Notes under the pieces: model-generated
Databases searched by the model: none
What the model saw: only the letters and a program-made list of their open reading frames with translations
Told to the model about the DNA's origin: nothing
In this document: positions 1 through 13,154 of the stretch, one piece after another
Numbering within the stretch: the stretch's first letter is position 1
How the letters are laid out: the number at the start of each line of letters is the position of its first letter
Made by a program: the position numbers and the translations under genes
Assembly (NCBI GenBank): GCA_964016885.1
Contig: OZ024758.1
Location: 31,248,001-31,312,000 of the forward strand
Direction of reading: 5' to 3'
Length of the DNA: 64,000 bases
Source: Eledone cirrhosa
Lineage: Eukaryota

Positions 1-1384
1 AGCAAGGTGTTCGTATAACTTATTTTCGGCAGAGAAATGTGGTTCTACAAACGTGTTTTTCTGTTGAAGGCCCGCTTTGCTTTTGCAGTAACATCGATGG
101 ACTTTTCGAATGTTTATCACAAAATCATGATCCTGCAGAATGGCGTTTGTTTACTGACTCTTCAAAACGAAGCTTAAAAGCTGTACTTCTCCATAATGGT
201 AATTTGAAGCCCTCCATTCCTATTGCACACTCCGTTCATATTCATGAATCATATGAGAATATGGAACTTTTACTTCATGCCATTGCCTATGAAAGATACT
301 CATTGAAAATATGTGGAGATTTAAAAGTCATTGGAATGTTAATGGGAATGCAGTCAAGTTTCACAAAATACTGTTGTTTCTTGAGTCTATGGGATAGTCG
401 GGCAACTAACAGACATTATTCGGAATCAAAGTGGCAGACAAGAACATCATACCAGCCAGGACTGTCTAGCGTCAAGAATGCACCTCTTATAGATCCATGT
501 AATGTCTTATTGCCTCCTTTGTACAAAGCTTGGGCTGATGAAACAGTTTTTAAAGACACTAAGGAAGAGAAATGCCAGAGGGTTTGAATATATTGTAGAA
601 AAGTTTCCCAAAATCATACAGGCGAAGTTGAAGAGGGTATCTTTGTCAGACCCTAAATTAGAGAAGTACTCAAAGATGTCAAGACAACACTGGATGAACT
701 GGACACTTCAAGACAACACTTCAAGACAACACTGGATGAACCGGAACTGCCTGGAATGCTTTCAATTTGATCTGTGAGAAATTCTTGGGCAACAAGCAAT
801 GGTCTACAAAGATGGCATCAAGAATCTTCTGAAATATTACTCAGCAATGGGTTGTCGCATGTCAATGAAAGTTCACTTCTTGGACTCCCATCTGGATTTC
901 TTCACAGATAACCTTGGAGCAGTGTCTGATGAACATGATGAAAGATTTCACCAAGACATTAGTGCTATGGAGAAACGGTACCAAGGCTTCTAGAATGACA
1001 GTATGCTGGCTGACTACTGTTAGACACTTTGCCGTGATCAACCAGATCAGGAACACCGCAGGAAATCCAAATCACAATGTTTTTAACTCCGTTGTTCTAA
1101 CTTGGTCTGTTTTGTCGGACCCATTTTTTGTGTATTCACTCTCTGTAGAATAATAGTGATGATTTTTAACTCAAACTCATTTACTTTCTAAAAATAATAT
1201 GTCCTTATTTATTACGTTAATGATTTCATATCTACAAATATGTAAATATGTGCATGTATCTACTGAAAGACTGATACATGCTGCATACAAATGGAGTGAA
1301 ATTTTGAAATCAGCACGAGAAATTAGTCTATAAAAGTTGGTTTGCATTCATGAGTATAATACATTTAATTTTGTTGACCAATAT
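1..1384 (+). mobile_element. Decayed CMC/Chapaev3-like DNA transposon, 3' part (frameshifted transposase 39-993), cut by window start
   Basis: Motifs WRLFTDSSKRSLKAVLLHNGN, ICGDLKV, CFLSLWDSRA, KLGLMKQF and HLDFFTDNLGAVSDEHDERFHQDISAMEKRYQG lie in three frames. The end TTTTGTTGACCAATAT resembles a Chapaev3-type terminus. Family assignment is from recall of the motifs. Confidence 0.72.
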
Positions 1385-1558
1385 AATTGTTTCTACTTTT
1401 GGCACAAGGCCAGCAATTATTCCAGTACATTACTGATACTTTATTTTATCGACCTCGTAAGGATGAAAGGCAAAGTGAACCTCGGCAGGATTTTAACTCA
1501 AACTATAATGGGCGTAAACTCTACGCTGCAAAGCGTTCGACCTTCTACCGATACTGCA
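1385..1558 (-). mobile_element. tRNA-derived SINE family A (Meta-domain-like)
   Basis: Reverse complement of the 16551-16735 copy (B-box GAGTTCAAATCC-like, CATCCTTACGAGGTCGATAAAATAAAGTA, tail GGCCTTGTGCC..AGTAGAAACAATT). Confidence 0.85.
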
Positions 1559-1563
1559 TAACA

Positions 1564-1736
1564 ATAATAATAATACAAGGACGATTTGTTGAGCCTTCAT
1601 TGCGTTTATTGATTGGTGACGCGCGTTTCGCTATTGATCAGCTCAAGGTGCAACTTCAGCTGATCAATAGGGAAACGCGCGTCACCAATCAATAAACGTA
1701 ATGAAGGGTTAAGAAATCGTCCCTGTATTATTATAT
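1564..1736. repeat. Fold-back palindrome (~80-bp arms) containing the 3' half of a hammerhead motif
   Basis: Near-perfect inverted arms around a short loop at ~1645-1657; each arm reads GAAA-CGCGCG-TC outward from the centre. Confidence 0.85.
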
Positions 1737-1839
1737 TATTGCATTACCATCTGTCAAGCTCTACACCTCGCCACTGGAGTGAACCTAAACATCGAGTGCT
1801 CACCTGGGTGAACCTACAGTAACTTTACGGTACACTCCT

Positions 1840-1883
<44 letters not shown>

Positions 1884-1891
<8 letters not shown>

Positions 1892-2204
1892 CAAAAGATG
1901 GTTAAAAGAGTTCCATGTATTTTATTATGCGCATTTCAAAAACAAATATCATCATGCAATAACATTTGTGTTTTCATCAAATAAAATAGGAAGACATGAT
2001 ATGAAGGTTAAAGAACACTTGTGAATAGTGCAGTTTTAAATAAACATATCAAATCATTGAAATGCGCATAATAAAATACATGGAACTCTTTTAACCATCT
2101 TTTGATATTATATATTATGTATACTCCAGTCCTACAAACTGTAGAGTGCTTCTTATCCGATATCTGCATTGCTTTATTGTACTACAATAAAACTCACCTC
2201 CTAC

Positions 2205-2206
<2 letters not shown>
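1884..2206. mobile_element. PLE terminal-repeat fragment with inverted duplication, between (TA)n tracts
   Basis: 1884-1938 and 2057-2112 are inverted copies. The downstream part resembles 19136-19281 in organisation. Confidence 0.65.
1918..1988 (-). ncRNA. Minimal type-I hammerhead motif (C3U variant)
   Basis: rc: TATTTTAT-TTGATGA-AAACACAAATGTT..GATATTTGTTTTT-GAAA-TGCGCA-TA-ATAAAATA. Confidence 0.6.
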
Positions 2207-2287
<81 letters not shown>

Positions 2288-2603
2288 TAATAAAAATAAT
2301 GAATAAAAACAAAGAAACAGTTCCTTATATTAAAAAATTCATCATTTTACGATCGTTTCTAGGATATATATGTGTGTGTGTTGGTATGTATATCATATAG
2401 ATCTATGTAAAATTTTTACAAACTATCAGAGGGAATATACATACCTACACATACATATGGTGTCTTTTTATTAATTTATCTTGACTCTGTTTTCCTGTGT
2501 TTTTCATCGAAAAAAATTTGAATACATCTTCGCTTTTCATGATATTTGGATTACGTTGAGTTCTTCATACGGATTGGACACTACCGTATATTTTGGTAGA
2601 TTT

Positions 2604-2700
<97 letters not shown>

Positions 2701-2830
2701 CTTTGCGCGAAAACGCGGTATATCGCGTATGGTTTTTAATTTTTTCTCCTTATGGGAATTTTCTTTACGGACCGCATTCACGAACGTATCTTCGCGTAAA
2801 AAACGAACAGACTGTGTGTCTATATATATA

Positions 2831-3150
2831 TTGTTCCCAGGGAAAAATAGTTTAATTAGGAATAAGTAAAAATTAGTAATAAGTATTGGTTAGTATTCAG
2901 TTTTAGTTTTAAGTTTTTACCGGTTGCGCATTTCTAATGGTTTTCAAACATAATTCTCGGATTAGAGCAAACATCACAGGTGCTCTATCTCAAAATTATT
3001 TTTGAAAAGCATTAGAAATGCGCAACCGGTAAAAACTTAAAACTAAAACTGAATACTAACCAATACTTATTACTAATTTTTACTTATTTCTAATTAAACT
3101 ATTTTTCACTGGGAACAATTTGTCAGCATTTTCTTTTCCTTTTACCAATA
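2831..3150. repeat. Inverted duplication (~118-bp arms, 2831-2948 / 3002-3118) of a PLE-like terminal repeat; third copy at 13968-14156
   Basis: Arms are directly visible; flanked by (TA)n; carries a degenerate hammerhead-like motif. Confidence 0.85.
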
Positions 3151-3466
3151 TATCACAACGCGTGTGTTACACCTCTATTTTTTTAAATATATATATATAT
3201 ATATGTGTGTGGGGGGGAGGTTATTGATCGGCGATCGATCGATCAATTAACATACAGAATGATAGCACGAGCACATTAGAGAGAGTGGTGGGGAGGGGAG
3301 AGACAAGAAAGAAGTGAATGAAGGAAGATACTGTCTTGAATTAAAAAAGATCCTTCATACAACAAAAGAAAATATGACCTTGGCCAAAACTTCTTTGATA
3401 AGACATCCGCATAATCAGACCTGAAGCTACACATCTATGGTTAGTAGCCACTCTATCTGTTGCTAG

Positions 3467-3988
<522 letters not shown>

Positions 3989-4609
3989 TTTCACTTCGCT
4001 CTAGAGTAGTATTCTTCTGAAAGATTCTCCATATTTGTATTCTCTCAGATAGTTCAACTTAAATTTAATTATTTTCTCCATCAAATCAAATGCAAGTCTT
4101 AACCGTAACTAACGTCCATCGCTAAGCCACCAGATGCTGTAACCCTATGAAGTCACAGAATCTGACCTGTCTTTCATTAATAAATAGTCATTAAAATACC
4201 GTTTACCAAGCAACTTTCAACTTAAATGTGTTAACTTTTAAAATTAGTTTTCTTTATTAAGCTGCTATCACTTCAATAACGAATTTCTTGCTCAATATGT
4301 TGTTCAATAAAACTGGCCGCCTATAATAGCTTTTGGCGTATAGCTCCTCATTCAAATTAATCATCTCATTAATTAGATATTTGCCTTCCAGTTAAGAATA
4401 AAAACAATCCCACAAGCGGGAATATTTGGGTGTATCCGGTGCCTTAAGTTCTCCATATTAATTTGTTACATCACAGAGAGCTCAACCTTTGGGAGCGATT
4501 TCATATAATAAAACATTGATGCAATTCTATTCTAACTCAACGTAATTTACGAGCAGGGGAATGACGGAGTATTTATAGAATAATGGAATTAGTTAAACTT
4601 ATTGGACAC

Positions 4610-4846
4610 CCCAGTGGGAAAACCAGTTAATATTGTCCCTACCAGTGGACGGACTGAAAATTATGAAAGAACATTCGGCTGGATAAATAAACGAACCAAA
4701 ACGCAACATACAACCTTTTATTTTTCCTACATTTCGCATGAAGGCCTGGAAACGAGGGACCCACCTCACTTCATCCTATTACGAACGGTCAATTGTTTTT
4801 TTTATAAGCACATTACAAGGACAATATTAACTGGTTTTCCCACTGG
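4610..4846. repeat. ~28-bp inverted repeat pair
   Basis: CCAGTGGGAAAACCAGTTAATATTGTCC ... GGACAATATTAACTGGTTTTCCCACTGG. Confidence 0.8.
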
Positions 4847-5035
4847 ACTATGAGTGTGTTGCATATCGCAATATGCATGTCTGTATGCGTTTGTTTATAT
4901 ATCTGTTTACCTTCAATTTTACATATATTTTTTACCTCTATATTTTTTATCCTCACTGGACTATAAAATATTTGAAATCACGATATGCATGTGTGTGTGT
5001 GTGTGTCTGTGTGCGCATATGTGGGTGTGTATATA

Positions 5036-5308
5036 TGGGACTGGCTTTGTGCAGTGCCTTTGCTCACTATAAAAGCTACACGGCACAGGCATTGCTTTAT
5101 ATCTGGAGATCTCTCTGCACTTGTCGTCACATGGTACCATGGGCCCAGCACTATGTGTCAATAATTGTCACAAGTGTAGTGTTTGTACCAGAGTTTTCAA
5201 GTGGCTGGCTGGACTAAAAAGTCACAATCGTTCAGCGCATCGGTAGGGGATCTCCTACATGGTTATAAAGTAGTGGCCGTACTCGAAAACGAGTTGGCAG
5301 CCACCATG
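5036..5308 (+). mobile_element. RTE-derived non-autonomous element, 5'-truncated copy, followed by (GTAT)n
   Basis: Nearly identical to the rc of 21810-22080; ends GTACTCGAAAACGAGTTGGCAGCCACCAT. Confidence 0.85.
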
Positions 5309-6369
5309 TATGTATGTATGTATGTATGTATGTATGTATGTATGTATGTATGTATGTATGTATGTATGTATGTATGTATATAGGTGTGTGTATTTATCTT
5401 GGTTTTACATATTGTTCTTTCGCTAAGTATTCTTTCCTCTCTCACTATATCTCCATTGTTAATTCATGTGATGAAAGATATTAACTATATGTTTGTTTTA
5501 ATTATCACGTTCCGTACTTTAGGATATATATCTTCTTTTTTTTTTTACTAACTTCAATGAAAATGTTAACTACTAATTTCCATTTTCCAATCTTAAGGCC
5601 AATTGTAATTTCAAATGTGTAAACACAATATCTAGACCTTAGAATTTAAGTTCATAATATGTTGACAGAGCTTGATAAATTCTCCTGTCTGGCAATAAGT
5701 ATATGTCGTTACCAATCCATGTGGTATTAGATAATATTTACTTGCGGCGTATTTAGATTATCACATATTCTCTACTTAGATTTGTATTCTTTTATTCAAT
5801 CGAAATTTTAAATCCTAATTTCTGATGTTTAATTAATATCCAGTGGGAGAAGGTAATATCTAATAAAATATTGTTTTGCTGGCGGCTGACAGCCAGTTAT
5901 TTTGTCCAAACTGAACTGGGAGGTTGGTATGAAACTTGTTAATATTCTCAGTCTTCCAGTACCGCACGTCCCAAATAGCCTTTCACACCAATAGAGATGG
6001 CTATCATGAAACCTGTGACCGTTCAAGAATGGCGAAAGGAACCTACGTAGGACTGGGCTGCTATGCTTTTTGGGAGGATATATTGTTTTATTCCTGCGTA
6101 CAGCCGTAGGAGCTGATTGAAGCTCATAGGGAACGGGTAATCGCTTCAAAAACATCGTGTTCGTCCGTTCCCTTGTCACTTTGAACTTGGATTGCCTAAT
6201 AAAAGTAACCTTATTATGTAAGAAGCTGTCTTATGAGATCACGGCATTGGATTTAACAGTGAATTATGTGGCTTTGGCTGTCATTGAAATATATATAACG
6301 GCCTTTCAATAAAGGAATTTTAACATCTAAACTACTTTGTATTTCATTACTCTCTCACTCTCTCTCTCA

Positions 6370-6435
<66 letters not shown>

Positions 6436-6492
6436 ATATATATATATATCAATGATATTAATAAATGGAAACTATATTTATAAGACCATATT

Positions 6493-6553
6493 TATTCTAT
6501 TATATATATTTCAAGGGTACCGAAACTTTGATACGCCCTCATCAGATAAAATA
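6493..6553 (-). ncRNA. Minimal type-I hammerhead motif
   Basis: rc: TATTTTAT-CTGATGA-GGGCGTATC..GGTACCCTT-GAAA-TATATA-TA-ATAGAATA. Confidence 0.7.
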
Positions 6554-6909
6554 CAAAATTTGTTTTATAAATATTGACATACCCGATAAACCAAAACTTA
6601 TCGGTTCAGGTTCCATTTGGATAGTGAAAGAAAAAGAGGAAAATTTCAAATCATTTAGGATGAAGTAGAAGTGTAGACTTGAAAAATTCGTTATATTTAG
6701 ACGCTAGGTAAATTTAAACAATTATTAGGATACTTTATAAAAGAAGAAGATGAAGTAGAAGAAAGAACGAAGAAAGATAGACTAAAATTATTATTAGGGT
6801 GCAAGTAGATTTAAAAATTAAAAATTAAAAATGTGTGTGAAGTGTTAGAATACTAATCCAAAAATGTTTAAATATATAACCAAATCACGAGTTATAATAT
6901 TATATATAT

Positions 6910-7012
6910 AATTGTTTCTACTTTAGGCACAAGGCCAGCAATACCCAGTGCATTACTGGTACTTTATTTTATCGACCCCGTAATGATGAAAGGCAAAGTC
7001 AACCCTCTACCG
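6910..7012 (-). mobile_element. SINE family A, internally deleted, nested in the PLE 3' region
   Basis: ATTGTTTCTACTTTAGGCACAAGGCC..TTTATCGACCCCGTAA. Confidence 0.8.
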
Positions 7013-7827
7013 ATATATAATGCATATAATTATATTTTAAGGAATTAAGGTTGTAAGTACACTTTAGCTTATTATATTACAACCAGTCAATTATATACAT
7101 ATTTATATAAATAGATGAAAATATAAAAATTATTGGTGATTATACATGCTGTTATTAATTCAAATATAATTTAAGGGTTACGAAGGATATTGGGTTTACA
7201 TTTTTAATATATAGTTAAGAAAAAGACGTAGCTCGAATTTTATTATAGTACTTTTTGTACCTTCAAATAGTTCAATGAAGATAGAAAACATTAAGTTAAC
7301 GAAAATTATAGAGACTTTAGTATTTATGTTAAAAAGAGAGGATGTTTATGCATGCTAGATTATAAAGGAAAAGGAAAAAGAAAAAAGAAAAGAAAAAGAT
7401 AACTCCAATGTTTATTAGTTACACTATTTACGTTAGATTTTAGAATTTACTTAAAATGTATGTGGAGAAAATTTTATATATTATTTTATGTATGATTATA
7501 AGGTATTTTATGTTACATGTTTTCAAAGATGAGAATTTGTTTTATATATGTATTTATATATTATCTATATAGTCAATTAGAACTCATGAGTGTATTTAGA
7601 AAACTATCACGAAAAAGGATATATTTCAAAATATGAATTAAGAAATATCAATTAAAAAATATAAAGGATATCAATTAAGAAAACTAAGAAGAATACCAAT
7701 GGGAAAAGAAAATCATTTGTAAAAAATATATTACATAAACAGAAAAAATATCTTTTAAAAATCACAACTAAACATTGTCTGAAGAATAGTCTGAAGACAT
7801 ATGGAATGTGAATAAGTGAATTATATA

Positions 7828-9063
7828 CTATAGATTATAAATACTTCGGAAAGTCATATTTTGGCGATGTCTGCAGGAACTGAATATTTCTTTTTTTCGG
7901 TTGATAGAATTTTGGCAGGTGAGTATATAAAAAATGTCTTCAATACACAAATGACAGGTTCTTGAGAGAGCCATATTTCGGTATGCGGGTGCTTTCGAAA
8001 TCGTTCCCCAAGAGATTGAATAGTCAATATTATTGTCTTTTAAGTGCCAAATTAGATGTGGAAGTGATGTGGAAAATTTTTTATCGGACCTATTAAATGT
8101 ATGTTTATGATTATACCAGCGTCCTTTAAATTTAGTAGAAGTGGCTCCTATATAATTATATATGTTATGTCTAGTTTTAACTGTGCATTTGTATACTAAG
8201 TTTTTATCTAGGCAATTATTCTGTAAAGGGCAATTTGATTCGTCTCTACAGTTACATTTTCCAGAGTTATTGTTACTATGAACGGTATTATTATTATTAG
8301 TATTAATACTGTTATTAGTAATATTAATATTGTTAGCTTGGTTTAATTGGTTTAGGTTTAAATTTAAGTTTCTATTATTAATTTTATTTATATTTTGTGC
8401 TATGTTCATCGTAGTAGAGTAAGATAGTTTTATAGTATGTCTGTTAAAAATAGAATGGTATCTGTGGGATTTAGGAAAACACTTATCTAATGCCTTGAAA
8501 AATAGGTTTGCTACAGGTGTTTTAATTCCTAATGAGAATGGGGGAGAGTACCAAATAATATTTCTAGTTCTAGTTCTTTTGTTTGGTTTACTATTTGTGT
8601 TAAATTTTTTATTACTATTATTATAATGAATTTTAGGATGATTTTGCATATTATTGTTATCTAAGTATTTAATTTTATTCATGTAGCCAGCTCTATGTAA
8701 AGCATCATTGTAACATTCTGCCTTATTATCAAAAATATTTTTATTAATTGAGATGCGTGAAATTCGTTGCTGAACGCTACTGGCAATAGTATTTTTTATA
8801 TTATTAGGATGGTTAGAATTGAAGCTTACGCAATTTAGGTTTTCATTAATTTTATGGAAAGGATAAAATAGACCTGGGCTAAGGTTTAAGGTTACATATA
8901 AGAAGTTAACGATTTCATAATTATTCTCGATTTCTAATTTAAGGTTGTAGTTATTGAAAAATTCTATGATAGATTTCTTTTTCCTGTTAAGTTCACTATT
9001 GCTATGATTTTCAATTAAAAGTAACATGTCATCGCGATATAAACCTCCGGTCATCTCTCGCAT
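7828..9063 (-). CDS. PLE polyprotein fragment (RT thumb, Cys-rich linker, GIY-YIG endonuclease); N-terminally truncated
   Basis: GLYRDD, VNFLYVTLNL, SNHP, RNIIWYSPPFS, CNCRDESNCPLQNNCL, LVYKC..YIGATSTKFKGRWYNHK, CHLC, SCRHR. Confidence 0.8.
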   Translation of the reverse strand: MREMTGGLYRDDMLLLIENHSNSELNRKKKSIIEFFNNYNLKLEIENNYEIVNFLYVTLNLSPGLFYPFHKINENLNCVSFNSNHPNNIKNTIASSVQQRISRISINKNIFDNKAECYNDALHRAGYMNKIKYLDNNNMQNHPKIHYNNSNKKFNTNSKPNKRTRTRNIIWYSPPFSLGIKTPVANLFFKALDKCFPKSHRYHSIFNRHTIKLSYSTTMNIAQNINKINNRNLNLNLNQLNQANNINITNNSINTNNNNTVHSNNNSGKCNCRDESNCPLQNNCLDKNLVYKCTVKTRHNIYNYIGATSTKFKGRWYNHKHTFNRSDKKFSTSLPHLIWHLKDNNIDYSISWGTISKAPAYRNMALSRTCHLCIEDIFYILTCQNSINRKKEIFSSCRHRQNMTFRSIYNL

Positions 9064-9666
9064 TTTCCTATGTGGTACATTAAGAATAAATAATCCGATG
9101 CGTGTATATATATATATGGCCTTTTGATCGATAAAAGGCCTTGGGCGCGCCGCTGATCGCTTTTGATGTCCTGTTTTAAGCGCCGAAACATCTATGATCT
9201 ACGGTTAACAGCTGATGAAGGATTCTTTCTCTTGTTTCGTCCATATCACCATCTTAAACTTTATTTACTGTAACCATAGCTAGCTTCGTTTCTTGTAATT
9301 ATATATATATATATATATTTATATATATAGTTTTATTTTGCTTTCAAACCTCACCCCGTTCGGTTGTATCGTCCATTAACTCGAAATTAATAAGGATAAA
9401 AATTACTCTATAAAGATAGCTGAATAAATATTTATTTTAAAGTATGTATAGTTAACATTGTGTAAAGGTTGGATATAACAACATTAGACTATGAGGCAAA
9501 TATAATATACCATATCCGTATCGTAGCCAATCATGCTATATAAACTCAAATGTGAGGTATTTGCGTATAAGCTTGTCTTCTTGTACATACAGCAAAACAT
9601 CTAGGGCGAGAGATGTAATTTAATTTAATCGACATACAATATTTTTTCTTCTTCAAAAATAAAAAA

Positions 9667-9739
<73 letters not shown>

Positions 9740-10508
9740 CATGTGAAAATAAAATATGTATTTATTTGGATAAGACAAAAGAAAGAGAAAAGACAGAGTG
9801 TTGCCGAATGGCAGATAAAGAGAAGGGAAAAGAAAAAAAAATTGATAGATAGATTCACATGCTACCATCTTAAATAAAGCCTCTTGATATATGAAAAAAA
9901 GACAGGCTTATTATGGATGGAACGCTTATGATAACAGAAGACATGCACGATCAGAACCTGCTAGCTAAATAACACACACAATAACAAGTATATTAGATAC
10001 CAAAAGTAATCTATGTTTAAAAACTAAAGACACAGGAACAATGTACGAAAAAATGGAATAATTAGAAACGCGAAATAAACAACATAAATACAAAATAAAT
10101 TATGTAAAGAAGGAATATTGACAAAAAGATAGAATGGGGTGAAGATTATAACTAGAGAATTATAACCATATATAGCTCCATTAAAACACAGAAAACTACT
10201 GTAATGCTTAATAAAAAGAACTTTGCTGTCTCTACGATATTTGGTCGTTAGACAGCAATAGAGTAATTTTTTATTTCTTATCTCTATTTAAGAATTATCA
10301 TCATTATTTTTCGATTTCTTTTTTCGTTTTATTAAATTCCGTTTCTAACCAAGTTTCTATTATTATTTTTAAAAAATGTAAACTGAAAACTGAATGTATG
10401 ATAAACGTGACTTCCGGTCCCATTAACTATGCTTAAACTTTACCTGATTCAAAACTTCCGATCCATTAGAAGACCATCATCATCCTCATCGCATCCTTCT
10501 TTATATCA

Positions 10509-10621
<113 letters not shown>

Positions 10622-11724
10622 GATATTTATAAGAAGCATACATATATCTTTATAGGTGTTTATATATGTATAGATATGGAAAATAATTTTATTCAAATAT
10701 GATTATATATATGCATGTATATACATATATATGTGTGTGTGTGTCTATGTATACATATATACATACGTACAAACATACATACGTACATACATACGCACAC
10801 ATACGCACGTACTTACCTACATACGTACATATGTCATTCCGGCGTTTTAATCGTTTTAGTCTTCCTGTGTTTTCCTGTTGGCTTCAGACATTCCGTGTCT
10901 TCCTATCAACGGAAGAACTTCGTCAGACATATTTGTATTAAAGTTTTCGTCACGATTTATTCTAATTGAATTTAGACAATATACCACTGACTCTCTTTTG
11001 ATATTACATTGATATGGGTCTTATTCTCATCAATAGTTCACTGATTGTAACCTCTTATTACATTCAAATACTCGTATATCTTGGTTTCAATGCCAGTCTT
11101 TCTTCCCCTATTTATCTTATTGTTTCTTAAACCTGGGGCTTGCTCGTATATTCTATATTTTACAATTCTGGTTTCTAAACACTCATAATCTTTTGATTAA
11201 TTGTTCTGTCTTTCAGACGTTTCTAAACGAATGTAGATTTTGTTTCTATCAGATATTACATTTGTAATACATATCTGCAGACCTGCGAACCTCTAAAGTG
11301 CCAAACGGGGAGTACTATGAAAAAAGGTTCCCCAAAACGGGGAGAAATTAAGTAAAATGGGCAGATTTTACATAATGAAGGCTATACCCATTTTCACAAG
11401 AGAAGACATCTGTCACCCACCGCAGAGTGGGTGACAGATCTCCCCGACGAACTGGGAGAGTTAACAGGTCTGTATCTGGGTTACGTTGGACGAATTTGAT
11501 GTCTGAAAGAGTATAACAATATTTTATTGTAACTCTCTCTCTCTCTTCCTGGTCCCGTAACTTCTGAGAGAGTCGTAGGGACACCGTACTGAAATATGAC
11601 ATTTCTAATGCAGTTTTAAACCTGGTGGAGCCCATCTCGTCTCCAGGTTTGAATACAGTCGATTTCGTCCAGAAAAAGGTAGAGTGTCAGAGAATGGAAG
11701 TGAGAAAGAGATATAGAGAAAGAA

Positions 11725-11882
11725 GCAACCCCAGTACTAGACTGGTACGTTTTGCACCAACTTGGAATGGATGGAAGGTAATGTTGATTTCGACGGGTTT
11801 TGAACTCAGAGAGTAGAGAACCGAAACAAATACTGCAAGGCATTTTATTCGACGTTCTGTCGTCTCTGCCAATTCGCTGCCT
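11725..11882 (-). mobile_element. SINE family A, diverged
   Basis: CCCAGTACTAGACTGGTAC, TTTGAACTCAGA, TGCCAATTCGCTGCC. Confidence 0.7.
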
Positions 11883-12528
11883 TAATTGCAGTAATATTCC
11901 TAGTAATCAATAAATTAATCAATAAATTAATACCATAATGTTGCTAGATATAAAATGACACCACCGGACTATTATTATATATATGATCAAATGTTTTGCA
12001 GAGTAATCATTAAAAGTAAGCATCTTCGGCGCCTATCTATTGTAACTTCATTTAGTTTAACATATTTCTTCTCTAATTTCAGATTCAGAATGATTAGGTG
12101 TTGTCGTTCATCGCTTTATAATCAATTCCCTAAATACTAGTAATATAATTATTAAATTATTTCAATTATCTATACATTTTCTTTTTACTAAAACGTCCTT
12201 GTGTAATATCTAAATCTGTCACTAACTGAATCAATATGGAACAGACAAAGTTATATATTTCTTAATAGCTCAATCTGTAATTTTAAATAAGTTCCATGGA
12301 AAGACATGCGAATGCTAATTATGGAACGAATGTTTGGTTAACTTGCATTGATATCTAACTTGCGCAAATAATTCACGGATATGGATCCAATATGCCACCA
12401 ACATTATGTAACTCTTTAACGAGCAGTCTGATGAAGGCGTGCTTCCCGATTTACATTATGTAACAGCCAACAGATACTTGGAAATACACACAATGGTAAC
12501 GTGAATATGAAAATATAGTTTTTATGAT

Positions 12529-12565
<37 letters not shown>

Positions 12566-12641
12566 CCCTCCCCAAATATAACAATATCTGTTTCGACACA
12601 CGATTTCATATAAAAAACCTCGCAAAACTAATTCATCGCCG

Positions 12642-12704
<63 letters not shown>

Positions 12705-13079
12705 TATACCTCAGATATCAAAACAACGAACAGCGGAGGACACGTTTCGCACCTTTCCGACAGATCCCCCCACCCCCACCCGGAAAAAAACACAGTTGAT
12801 GGATGTGAATCCGAAATATATAGGGACAATTAAATCTCTCCCAAGGTAACTCTTTCTCGTGTTGTTATTTTTCTTTTTATCCTTTACGCTCTTTCCTTCA
12901 TTCCTCTACACGTTACAGTCTTATACACGCCACGCATCTCAACGTACACCCACTTACATCTCTCTCTCCACCACCGGATCTTGTTACCCGGAGATTTACC
13001 CATCTGCATTGTCGAGGCTTCCAAACGACTTAAAGAAATTTACCTTATTATTCCACAATACTTCAAGCAAACTTCAATA

Positions 13080-13149
<70 letters not shown>

Positions 13150-13154
<5 letters not shown>

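Larger units (their letters stand above)
6448..9063 (-). mobile_element. 5'-truncated Penelope-like retroelement: RT C-terminus + GIY-YIG, ~1.4-kb AT-rich 3' region ending in a hammerhead next to (TA)n
   Basis: ORF 7828-9063 plus a 3' terminus shared with 13750-13955 and 18850-19000. Confidence 0.85.

Noticed and set aside
4050-4560. Faint LINE-like peptide (YGELK) on minus; similar faint remnants at 11000-11640, 44480-44720 and 52410-52920
   Set aside because: Too degraded to assign without a database search.
9118-9245. CTGATGA and GAAAC motifs suggesting a permuted hammerhead
   Set aside because: The order and stems do not close into a type I, II or III fold; probably a decayed motif.
12420-12775. 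Partial hammerhead-like words (also near 27730-27800 and 63765-63800)
   Set aside because: Multiple core mismatches; cannot be distinguished from chance by eye.
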